Of a DNA stretch of 60,824 nucleotides, positions 27,064-35,498 are shown in pieces. This DNA is from Myxococcales bacterium (GTDB taxonomy: Bacteria; Myxococcota_A; UBA9160; SMWR01), in contig JABSQW010000034.1 in assembly GCA_013215605.1 (NCBI GenBank), positions 1 to 60,824 on the forward strand, in the 5' to 3' direction. Position 1 is the stretch's first letter; each line of letters starts with the position of its first letter. The notes under the pieces were generated by a model that worked only from the letters and a program-made list of their open reading frames with translations, searched no databases and had not been told where the DNA came from. The position numbers were made by a program, and so were the translations under genes.

Positions 27064-28046
27064 TGGCTGTCCTCCCGGGGCCGGAAGATGGGCAGGGCGA
27101 AACCGTCCTCGTCTTCGTGGATGACGCCCTGCAGCGGCATGCCGATCTCGACCTTCTCGTAGTCGCAGCCGGAGATGCTCGACATCATCCGCACGCCCTC
27201 TTCCAGGTCCACGAGGGCCGCGATGATCGGAAACTCGTAGCCCGGGAACTGCGGGTAGTGGATGACCGTGTACGTGTGCAAGGTGCCGCGTCCGCTCGAC
27301 TCGACGGCGTCCCACTCCATGGAGCCACACGCGCCGCACATCGGCCGCGGCGGGTGGCGCAGCTTCTCGCAGCCGCCGCAGCGTTGGATCTGGATCTTTC
27401 CGTCGGTGCAGGCCTGCCACCACCAGGAGTTGTCGTGGCCCATCGGCGGCTTGATGCGCGCCGGTTTCGCGGGCTGCGCAGCGCCGTCGTCGTCCGAGGC
27501 CGCCTGCTGGGGTTGGTTGGGGATGAACTTCAGAACGCGGAAGGTCATCCAGCCGAGCTCCGCCCCGTTCTGGTCGGTGAAGGTCGCGCGCGTGGTGATG
27601 AAGTAGCCGACGCCCGCGCCCGTCGCCTTCTCCTCGGAGATGTGCTCGATGACCGTGTCGGCAGTGACCGCGTCGCCGAGCCGCAGGTAGCGGCTGAAGC
27701 TCTGTTCGGTGTCGGTGCCGAGCACTCCCTCGTAGCCGGCGTCGGTGAGCAGCTTGTGGAGGCGGTGCTCCTCGTTCTTCGGCTCGTCGTAGCCCTCGTG
27801 CATCTCCCAGCCCTGCATCACCCAGGCCTGCAGCATCATGGGCGGTGCGACGATGCCTCCGTGCGGGCTCTTCTCGGCGGCGACCGCGTCGAGGTAGTTC
27901 GGGCTCGTCTCGCCCATGGCGTCGCACCACTGGCGGATCATGGGCTCGTTCACGACGTCGCGCCCCGTGAACGGCGGTCCGATCGGCTTGCCCACGAACG
28001 CGTAGATGGCTTCTTCGAGCTCCTTCTTCTTCTCGGCGCTCAGCAT
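27060..28046 (-). CDS. N-terminal hotdog (MaoC N-terminal-like) fused to a C-terminal DUF35 Zn-ribbon/OB-fold domain (ChsH2-like)
   Basis: N-terminal part IGPPFTGRDVVNEPMIRQWCDAMGE...TFTDQNGAELG. C-terminal part WWWQACTDGKIQIQRCGGCEKLRHPPRPMCGACGSMEWDAVESSGRGTLHTYTVIH (rubredoxin-like CxxC...CxxC plus OB fold). Start at MLSAEKKK. Confidence 0.85.
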   Translation of the reverse strand: MLSAEKKKELEEAIYAFVGKPIGPPFTGRDVVNEPMIRQWCDAMGETSPNYLDAVAAEKSPHGGIVAPPMMLQAWVMQGWEMHEGYDEPKNEEHRLHKLLTDAGYEGVLGTDTEQSFSRYLRLGDAVTADTVIEHISEEKATGAGVGYFITTRATFTDQNGAELGWMTFRVLKFIPNQPQQAASDDDGAAQPAKPARIKPPMGHDNSWWWQACTDGKIQIQRCGGCEKLRHPPRPMCGACGSMEWDAVESSGRGTLHTYTVIHYPQFPGYEFPIIAALVDLEEGVRMMSSISGCDYEKVEIGMPLQGVIHEDEDGFALPIFRPREDSQ

Positions 28047-28157
28047 GACTCCTCCAACTTCCGAGGTCGACGTTCCGTCGCCGATTCTACACAAGCAAGC
28101 GATCCGCGATGCAGATTCGCCGCCGGGGGCGAACCCCGGGGCGCACCCGGCACCGGC

Positions 28158-29174
28158 TCAGCGCGGAAGGACCCAGAGATTCCGGAAGCGGACCGGGTGC
28201 CAGTGGTCTTGAAACAGGATCGGGGCAGGGTCGGGGCCTTCCGCTTCACCGTGCCCGGTGGGACCGTCGATCGCGACATCGTCGTGGATCCGCACCCCGT
28301 TGTGTACCACGCCGACCCGCGCGGGCGCGACTCGATGCCCCGCGTCGTCGAAGCGCGCCGCGGTGAAGTCGATGTCATAGGTCTGCCACGACAGGGGAGG
28401 GAAGCTCATGTTCACGTCGGGAGCGCGCTGGTCGTAGAGGGACCCCGCGCCGCGCGGAGCGGCGGGCAATCCGAACGAGTCGAGAATCTGGATCTCGTAG
28501 CGTCCCTGGAGATAGATGCCGCTGTTGCCCCGGCCCTGACCGTCGAGCTGGGCGACGAACGGCGTGCGGAACTCGACGTGGAGTCGAAAGCTCCCGAAGG
28601 AGCGGCGCGTGGTCGCGCCCTCGACGAGGAGTCCGCGGTCGTCCACGCGTCCGTCGATTTCTTCGAGCCCCGAGGCCCCGACACCGTCGAACAGAAGGAT
28701 GGCGCCGGGGGGCGGCGGGGCGCCGAGCGTCGGGCTTTCACGCTGGAGCCGCGGCAGGATCAGGGATTCGCCGGTGTCGAGGGCGACGCGGATCTCGCCG
28801 CCGCCAGCTGACGCGCTCGTCACGCTTGCGGCGGGTCGGGGCGCCGTGAAGTGCGTTTCGCTGCCGTCCCACGCTCCGTCGCTGCTGGAGGTCGCGCTGC
28901 CGTCCCAACCGGCACCCGGCAGTCCGCCCCGGTAGAAGACGGCTCGGAAACGGTCGTCGCCGAGGGCGGCCACCTGGGCGGCCAGCGGTGCCCCCGGGGA
29001 CGCGTATTCGCCCAGGATCGCGAACGCGAGCGGCGCCTCGGCGGGCTCGAGGATCTTGGTCGCGCGTTGGACTTGCCAGTACGAGACTGCGTCGGAGCAG
29101 CCCAGAAGCACCAGGACCAGCGCGATGCCCAGACGGGCGGCGTTGCGAGCGATGGGGGGCTGGGACGGGCGCAT
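28158..29174 (-). CDS. DUF1080 (3-keto-disaccharide hydrolase-like) lipoprotein
   Basis: Lipobox-like LVLLGCS near the N-terminus. C-terminal FRLHVEFR...GNSGIYLQGRYEIQILDS...HNGVRIHDDV...PILFQDHWHPVRFRNLWV. Confidence 0.8.
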   Translation of the reverse strand: MRPSQPPIARNAARLGIALVLVLLGCSDAVSYWQVQRATKILEPAEAPLAFAILGEYASPGAPLAAQVAALGDDRFRAVFYRGGLPGAGWDGSATSSSDGAWDGSETHFTAPRPAASVTSASAGGGEIRVALDTGESLILPRLQRESPTLGAPPPPGAILLFDGVGASGLEEIDGRVDDRGLLVEGATTRRSFGSFRLHVEFRTPFVAQLDGQGRGNSGIYLQGRYEIQILDSFGLPAAPRGAGSLYDQRAPDVNMSFPPLSWQTYDIDFTAARFDDAGHRVAPARVGVVHNGVRIHDDVAIDGPTGHGEAEGPDPAPILFQDHWHPVRFRNLWVLPR

Positions 29175-29225
29175 CGGGCGCCAGTATAAGGGGGGCCCGA
29201 CCGCACGGGCCGCGGACCCGGTATC

Positions 29226-30977
29226 ATGGGGTCGAAGCCGCTCGATCTGGGAGAAGACACCGTGGCCGAGTACGACATCGTGATCCGAAACGGCATCATC
29301 GTGGATGGCGCGCGAAACCCCCGCTATCGCGGAGATGTGGCGATCAAGGACGGGCGGATCGCCCGCATGGGTCGTATTCGCGCCGGCCTGGCCGAGCGCG
29401 AGATCGACGCGACGGGGCTCGTGGTGGCTCCCGGCTTCATCGATCTCCACACCCACTACGACGCGCAGGTCTTCTGGGATCCCTACCTCACGACGTCGGG
29501 CTGGAACGGCGTGACGTCGGTGGTGGTCGGCAACTGCGGCTTCGGGTTTGCGCCCACCCGGAAGGAGCTGCGCCACCGCGCCATGGAGTCGATGACGAAG
29601 GTCGAAGCCATTCCCATGGCGACCATGCAGGCGGCGATGCCGTGGGACTGGGAGACCTATCCCGAGATGCTCGACAGCATCGACCGCGCGCCGAAGGCGC
29701 TGAACCTGCTCCCCTACGTGGGCGTCAATCCGCTGCTGATCTGGGTGCTGGGCCTCGAAGACGCCAAGGCGGGTCGCAAGCCCACCGACGCCGAGCACGC
29801 CGAGCTGGCGCGCCTGCTCCACGAAGCCATGGACGCCGGTGCTTGCGGCTGGTCGTCGCAGACCCTCGGCACACCCGGGGACCCGAGTGTGGCGACCCTC
29901 GGCGGAGCCGCTCAGTCGGACTTCGACGGCACGCCGATGCCCTCGGACGTCATGTGGCCGGAAACCCAGCTGGTGCTCGCGAAGGTTCTGGGCGACCGGG
30001 GCGAGGGCTTCATCGAGCTCTCCGGCGCGGGGATGAGCCACGAACACTGGGAGGAGCTGGCCGAGACGAGCGGGGCTCCCATCATCTATCAAGCGCTTCC
30101 GGCTTCGAGCCTGATGATCGAGATGCACGAGGCGCTTTTCGCGTGGTTCCAGAGCTGTCAAGAGCGCGGCCTGCGCATCTACGGTCAGGGCATCACCCAG
30201 AACCCGCCGCTCGTCTTCACCTTCGACTACTGGGACCTCTGGGGCGATGTCTGGCAGGAGTTCAGCGGGCCCGATGTCTCCAGCGAGACGAAGCTCGCGA
30301 ACCTCGCCGACCCGGCGGTGCGCGAAAAGCTCAAGGCGGCGCCCCTCAAGTACCAATTCATCGGCGGTGTCGACGAGGCGCGCGTCGTCGAGAGCGAGTC
30401 CGGCGAGGCGCTGGTCGGTCAGAGCATTGCCGAGATCGCGAAGGCGCGGGGCGTGCACCCGGTGGACGCCATCTGCGACCTCGTGGTCGCCGACGGCCTC
30501 CGGACCATTTTCCAGGTCAGCCAGTTCGACATCTCGCTCGAGGGCATCAAGCAGCTCATCGACAACCCCTTCGTCATCCCCGGCCTGTCCGACGGCGGCG
30601 CGCACCTCAAGTACCTGGCCGCCGGTAGCTACGCGACCGAGTACATCTCGAAGTACGTCCGCGACCACGCGTTCACGACGCTCGAAGAGGCGCACTGGCG
30701 CCTCAGCGCACTGCCCGCCTACTGCGCGGGCTTCCGCGACCGCGGCACGCTGCGCGAAGGCGCAGCGGCGGACGTCGTCGTCTACGACTACGAGAAGCTC
30801 GACTACGAGTTCCCGAACTTCCGATCCGACCTGCCGGGTGACGAGTACCGGATCGCGTCGGCGGGGCAGGGCTATCGCTACGTGCTGGTGAACGGCGTGG
30901 TGACGATCGAGGACGACCAGCAGACCGACGTCTACCCCGGCGTGCTGCTGCGCGGGGGAGCGAGCGAGGCGGAGTGA
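29226..30977 (+). CDS. N-acyl-D-amino-acid deacylase (D-aminoacylase) family amidohydrolase
   Basis: YDIVIRNGIIVDGARNPRYRGDVAIKDGRIARMG...VVAPGFIDLHTHYD...DGGAH. Confidence 0.9.
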   Translation: MGSKPLDLGEDTVAEYDIVIRNGIIVDGARNPRYRGDVAIKDGRIARMGRIRAGLAEREIDATGLVVAPGFIDLHTHYDAQVFWDPYLTTSGWNGVTSVVVGNCGFGFAPTRKELRHRAMESMTKVEAIPMATMQAAMPWDWETYPEMLDSIDRAPKALNLLPYVGVNPLLIWVLGLEDAKAGRKPTDAEHAELARLLHEAMDAGACGWSSQTLGTPGDPSVATLGGAAQSDFDGTPMPSDVMWPETQLVLAKVLGDRGEGFIELSGAGMSHEHWEELAETSGAPIIYQALPASSLMIEMHEALFAWFQSCQERGLRIYGQGITQNPPLVFTFDYWDLWGDVWQEFSGPDVSSETKLANLADPAVREKLKAAPLKYQFIGGVDEARVVESESGEALVGQSIAEIAKARGVHPVDAICDLVVADGLRTIFQVSQFDISLEGIKQLIDNPFVIPGLSDGGAHLKYLAAGSYATEYISKYVRDHAFTTLEEAHWRLSALPAYCAGFRDRGTLREGAAADVVVYDYEKLDYEFPNFRSDLPGDEYRIASAGQGYRYVLVNGVVTIEDDQQTDVYPGVLLRGGASEAE

Positions 30978-31043
30978 CGCCGGGCGGGTCGGAGACGCCC
31001 TCCGGACACCACGCACGGGCGGCGGGCCTTGCGCCCGCGCGCG

Positions 31044-31481
31044 CTATTCGGCGCTGAAGTCGGCCGCACTGCTCTTCGCCATCACCTGGATGAACCACTG
31101 GGGGAACTGAGCGACGAAGCCTCCGACGTCCCAGTAGTCGCTCCACCTCGTGACCTTGCCGTCTCGCATTTCGTGGAGGGTGGCGAATTGGTTCGTCGCC
31201 TTCTCGCCGGTCTTGAACGTCCAGACCTCGGTGTGATCCAGGAAGACGACGTCGCCTTCACAGACGACGTGATGGATCCGGTGCTCGTGGTCGGTCAGCT
31301 GGTCGAAGGCGATGCGGAGGCGCTTCACGACGTTCTCCGGTCCGCGTGCGCCGGGGTCCTCGGTGGGGACATCTTCGTAGTGGACATCTTCGGCGAGACA
31401 GCTCTCGAGGGCCGGCCAGTCCCTCGCGCTGAGCGAGCCCCACAGCTTCTCGACGGTCTTCCGGTTGACATCGATCGACAT
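31044..31481 (-). CDS. SnoaL/NTF2-like protein (limonene-1,2-epoxide hydrolase-like)
   Basis: 145 aa: NRKTVEKLWGSLSARDWPALESCLAEDVHYEDVP...MRDGKVTRWSDYWD. Confidence 0.7.
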   Translation of the reverse strand: MSIDVNRKTVEKLWGSLSARDWPALESCLAEDVHYEDVPTEDPGARGPENVVKRLRIAFDQLTDHEHRIHHVVCEGDVVFLDHTEVWTFKTGEKATNQFATLHEMRDGKVTRWSDYWDVGGFVAQFPQWFIQVMAKSSAADFSAE

Positions 31482-31506
31482 CAGGTCCTCCTGTTCGAAG
31501 CAACGA

Positions 31507-32706
31507 TCATCCGACGCCAGCGAGCCGGCGGTTCGTGAGAGACCGGGTGTTGTGCCGCAGGAAAGCGTCCTGCGCGGCCGCGTCCCAGCTGTCGATCTCG
31601 TCGAAGATCCCGCGCGGCTCCGGCAGGCCCTCCATGTGGGGCCAGTCCGATCCGAAGATCACGCGTTCCGACCCCATGATCGAGCGCACCTCGTCGAGGT
31701 CGTCCTCCCAGAACGGGTTGATGAAGACGTGTTCTCGGAACAGGGCCTCCGGGTCCTCGTCGAAGTGCCAGGGGTTGCGCTGTTTCGATTGGCGAAGCCT
31801 GCGCAGCAGGCTGGGGAGGAACTGCGAGCCGTTCTCGACGGAGGCGATGCGCAGGTTGCGAAAGCGCTCGAACAGCTTCTCGTAGAGGAGCGTGAGGAGA
31901 TAGTCGTGCGCGGCCCGCTCGAGAGTCAGTCCCTTGACGGAGGGGCGGCGGCTCATTCCGATGGATGCGCGGCCGAAGGTGTCGCTCGCGTAACCGTTCG
32001 ACGAGTAGCCCGAGTTCCCGGTGTGGATGACGACCGTGATGCCGGCCTCGTCCACCCGCGCCCAGAACGGATCGAAGTGGGGGTGGCTGGGTGATACCGG
32101 TCCGTCTGCGGTGACGATGGCGGCGGGCCGCATCACGATGATTCGCGCGTCGCGCGAGAGCGCCCACTCGAGCTCTTCGCACGCCCAGCCGACGTCGCCG
32201 AGGGAGAGATAGGGCGCCGTGAAGATGCGATCGCGGTGGACGAGACCCCAATCTTCGTCGAGCCAGCGGTTGAAGCCGCGGAAGAGCGCGCACACCGCCT
32301 CGACGTCGTGCTTGAGGGGCTCTTCGTAGAGGACGCCCAGCGTCGGGAACAGCCAGCTGGCCTCGACGCCCTGGGCGTCCATCACCGCGAGGCGGGCCTC
32401 GGGATCGACGTAGGCGGCGGGTTGGGGTTCGAGGTTTCCGTGCATCATCTCGGCGGCCGGGCGTCCGCGCGGATTTCCCTGGTAGTAGTCGCGGAGGATG
32501 CCGGGCTTCGCGACGGGATCGAAGGTGGGATTTCCGATGGAGAAGTCGACCCGTCCACCCACCAGGTGCCGCTGTCGTCCGTCCACGACGGCCCACTGCA
32601 CGCAGCGCTGTTGCATCGCCTCGGGGACGTGCCGGGTGAAGGCGTCGCGCGCCTCGTAGTAGTGATTGTCGCAGTCGAACAAGAGGCTCGGAGTCGGTTC
32701 GGTCAT
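31507..32706 (-). CDS. amidohydrolase, PF04909 family
   Basis: LLFDCDNHYYE...MDAQGVEASWLFP...VVIHTGNSG...FGSDWPHMEG. Start MTEPTPS inside a longer shadow ORF. Confidence 0.9.
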   Translation of the reverse strand: MTEPTPSLLFDCDNHYYEARDAFTRHVPEAMQQRCVQWAVVDGRQRHLVGGRVDFSIGNPTFDPVAKPGILRDYYQGNPRGRPAAEMMHGNLEPQPAAYVDPEARLAVMDAQGVEASWLFPTLGVLYEEPLKHDVEAVCALFRGFNRWLDEDWGLVHRDRIFTAPYLSLGDVGWACEELEWALSRDARIIVMRPAAIVTADGPVSPSHPHFDPFWARVDEAGITVVIHTGNSGYSSNGYASDTFGRASIGMSRRPSVKGLTLERAAHDYLLTLLYEKLFERFRNLRIASVENGSQFLPSLLRRLRQSKQRNPWHFDEDPEALFREHVFINPFWEDDLDEVRSIMGSERVIFGSDWPHMEGLPEPRGIFDEIDSWDAAAQDAFLRHNTRSLTNRRLAGVG

Positions 32707-32772
32707 GGCTTGCCTCGATGGCGTGGCGAGGTGCTGCGAAGTGCGCTGGACGAGGATACGCTCCTCGCGACC

Positions 32773-33252
32773 ATGGCGGGGCTCCTCGACAGCCTGAATC
32801 GCATCGGCGTGGCGGCGTCGTCGTCGAAGCTCGGCGGCATCCTGTACCACGTCGTCTGCCGACGCATCGACAGCGTGTTGATGCCGCTTACGGGTGCGAA
32901 GCTCTCGATGGGTCCGCCCGGGCAGACGGTGCTTCTCACCACCACGGGTGCTCGGAGCGGGCGGCTTCGCAAGGCGGCGGTGGCCTTCATCTGGCACGGC
33001 GATGACATGATCGTGATCGCGTCCAAGGGCGGCGCGCCCCGACATCCCGCCTGGTACCACAACATGAAGGCGAATCCAAGAGTTCGAGCGCTGTATCGCG
33101 GCGCCGACGAAGAGCGCGTGGCGCGCGAAGCGGTGAGCGAAGAGCGCGACGCGCTCTTCGTCGAGGTCGCAGCGACGTTCTCGAACTTCGCCGCGTACCA
33201 GCAGCGAGCGACGGCGCGCACGATTCCCGTCATGGTGCTCTCGAAGCCCTGA
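32773..33252 (+). CDS. DUF385 deazaflavin (F420)-dependent nitroreductase-like protein
   Basis: [52 protein letters not shown]...RTIPVMVL. Confidence 0.8.
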   Translation: MAGLLDSLNRIGVAASSSKLGGILYHVVCRRIDSVLMPLTGAKLSMGPPGQTVLLTTTGARSGRLRKAAVAFIWHGDDMIVIASKGGAPRHPAWYHNMKANPRVRALYRGADEERVAREAVSEERDALFVEVAATFSNFAAYQQRATARTIPVMVLSKP

Positions 33253-33408
33253 GCTCTCGCGTGCATTCGGGTCACGAAGCCCAGCATTCCGCACGCTCCA
33301 GCGCCCAGCGCTTCGAGCCGCGTGTGTTCGTCGAGCGTTCTCGACACGGGCGGGAGACGACGCACGGGGGGAAGCTGCCGGCGACCTCTGGGGTGCTTCC
33401 CATAGAAA

Positions 33409-33424
33409 TGGCACAACTAGTGCC
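33409..33424 (+). promoter_or_regulatory. sigma-54-like -24/-12 element (TGGCACAACTAGTGCC), also a 6-bp inverted repeat
   Basis: TGGCAC-N5-GTGC with GG and GC at canonical spacing, 51 nt upstream of the preferred GTG start of the ACAD gene. The arms TGGCAC/GTGCCA also form an inverted repeat, so an operator is an alternative reading. Confidence 0.35.
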
Positions 33425-33475
33425 AATATGTCATCTTCGGGCCCAGCCTCAACCCCCCACCCCAGGAGAATCGCC

Positions 33476-34699
33476 GTGGACTTCGCGTACGACGAGAAGA
33501 CCCAGCTCGCGCTCTCGAAGCTCAACGAGTTCATGGGCACGCACATCTACCCCAACGAAGACGCCTACTACCAGGAACACGCGGAGATGCCCGACCGCTG
33601 GCAGACGCCGTCGATGATGGAAGAGCTCAAGGCGAAGGCGCGCGAGGCGGGCCTCTGGAACCTCTTCCTGCCCGACAGCGAACGCGGGGGCGGATTCACG
33701 AACCTCCAGTACGCGCCGCTGTGCGAGGCGATGGGGCGCGTCGGCTTCGCGCCCGAGGTCTTCAACTGCGCGGCCCCCGACACGGGCAACATGGAGACCA
33801 TCGAGCGTTACGGCTCCGAGGAGAACAAGAAGCAGTGGCTCGATCCGCTTCTCGAGGGGCGCATGCGTTCCGCCTTCGCGATGACCGAGCCGGCCGTCGC
33901 TTCGTCGGACGCCACCAACATCCAGACGGACATCCGCCGCGACGGGGACGAGTACGTCATCAACGGCCGAAAGTGGTGGACCTCGGGCATTCTCGATCCG
34001 CGCTGCGAGATCCTCGTGGTGATGGGGCGCACGAACCCGGACGGACCCGCCCATACGCAGCAGAGCATGATCCTCGTTCCCCGCAGAGCACCGGGCGTGC
34101 AGATCCTGCGCCACCTGCCGGTATTCGGCTACGACGACGCCCCCCACGGCCACGGTGAAGTCCTCTTCGAGGACGTGCGCGTGCCCGCGAGCAACATCCT
34201 GCTCGGCGAGGGCCGGGGTTTCGAAATCGCCCAGGGGCGTCTCGGGCCCGGACGCATCCATCACTGCATGCGCGTCGTCGGGGTTGCGGAACGCGCGCTG
34301 GAGAAGATGTGCCAGCGACTGATGTCGCGGGAGGCCTTCGGGAAGAAGATCTACGAGCATTCGGTCTGGGAAGAGCGGGTCGCCAACGCGCGCATCGAGA
34401 TCGAGTGCTCGCGCCTGCTCACCCTGAAGGCCGCCCACATGATGGACACGGTGGGCAACAAGGTGGCGCGTTCCGTGATCGCGATGATCAAGGTGAAGGC
34501 GCCCGTCATGGCCCTCGCCATCATCGACGATGCCATCCAGGCCCACGGTGGCGCTGGCGTCACCACGGACTTCGGCCTCGCGAGGACCTACGCCCAGGTG
34601 CGCACGCTGCGACTCGCGGACGGTCCCGACGAGGTGCACCGGCGCACGATCGCGCGTCTGGAGTTCAAGAAACAGGCCGAGATGGCCGGCATCAAGTAG
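33476..34699 (+). CDS. acyl-CoA dehydrogenase (FadE / ACAD10-11-like)
   Basis: [27 protein letters not shown]...[16 protein letters not shown]...[13 protein letters not shown]...[11 protein letters not shown] at 33476 lies 7 nt after AGGAGA; the ORF allows an ATG at 33428. Confidence 0.9.
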   Translation: MDFAYDEKTQLALSKLNEFMGTHIYPNEDAYYQEHAEMPDRWQTPSMMEELKAKAREAGLWNLFLPDSERGGGFTNLQYAPLCEAMGRVGFAPEVFNCAAPDTGNMETIERYGSEENKKQWLDPLLEGRMRSAFAMTEPAVASSDATNIQTDIRRDGDEYVINGRKWWTSGILDPRCEILVVMGRTNPDGPAHTQQSMILVPRRAPGVQILRHLPVFGYDDAPHGHGEVLFEDVRVPASNILLGEGRGFEIAQGRLGPGRIHHCMRVVGVAERALEKMCQRLMSREAFGKKIYEHSVWEERVANARIEIECSRLLTLKAAHMMDTVGNKVARSVIAMIKVKAPVMALAIIDDAIQAHGGAGVTTDFGLARTYAQVRTLRLADGPDEVHRRTIARLEFKKQAEMAGIK

Positions 34700-34741
34700 C
34701 GGGAACGGTCCGCTCCGGAAACCGGCCGAACGCGATCGCCC

Positions 34742-35488
34742 TCAGGCGAGCGCTGCCCCGTCGATGCGGATCTCCTCGCCGTTGATGTGTAGCGCCTCGT
34801 CCGAGGCGAGGAAGGCAACGAGCTTCGCGACCTCGTCGGGTCCGCGGGTCCCGGCGAGCGACGCGGGACGCATGAGCAGATCCATGTCGACGCCTTTCGG
34901 AAACTCCGGGGTCGCCATCCGCGTCTCGATCGACGCCGGACAGATCGAGTTGCAGCGCAGTCCGCGCTGCGCGTACTCGACGGCGATCGCCCGGGTGAGC
35001 GCGTGGACGCCGCCCTTCGAGGCCCCGTAGGCGGCGCCGTACGGAAGCCCCATCAGTCCCGCCGTCGAACCCATGTTGACGATGGCGCCCCGCGTCTCGA
35101 GGAGGTGCGGAATCGCCGCCCGACAGGTGAGGAACACGCCGTCGAGATTCACCGACAGGATCCGGCGCCAGTTCTCGAAGGACATCTCGTGGGTGTGCGC
35201 GAACCGCAGGATGCCCGCGATGTTGCACGCGACGTCGAGCCGTCCGTACCGCTCGACGCACGTTGCGATTCCCTCGCCGGCCTGCGTCTCGTCGCTCACG
35301 TCGCAGATCCGGGTCTCGACGTCGCCGCCGTGCTCCCGGGCGAGCTTCGCCGTCTCCTCGAGATCCTCTGCGGCGATGTCGGTCAGGAACAGGGCGGCCC
35401 CCTCTTCGGCCAGACGCAGCGCCGAGGAGCGGCCGATACCGGTCGATGCGCCGGTGACGTAGCAGACGTGGTGCTGGAAGCGTTTCAC
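34742..35488 (-). CDS. short-chain dehydrogenase/reductase (SDR)
   Basis: VTGASTGIGR...NIAG...YGASKGG. GTG start preceded by GAGGAG. Confidence 0.9.
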   Translation of the reverse strand: MKRFQHHVCYVTGASTGIGRSSALRLAEEGAALFLTDIAAEDLEETAKLAREHGGDVETRICDVSDETQAGEGIATCVERYGRLDVACNIAGILRFAHTHEMSFENWRRILSVNLDGVFLTCRAAIPHLLETRGAIVNMGSTAGLMGLPYGAAYGASKGGVHALTRAIAVEYAQRGLRCNSICPASIETRMATPEFPKGVDMDLLMRPASLAGTRGPDEVAKLVAFLASDEALHINGEEIRIDGAALA

Positions 35489-35498
35489 GCGGTTCTCC

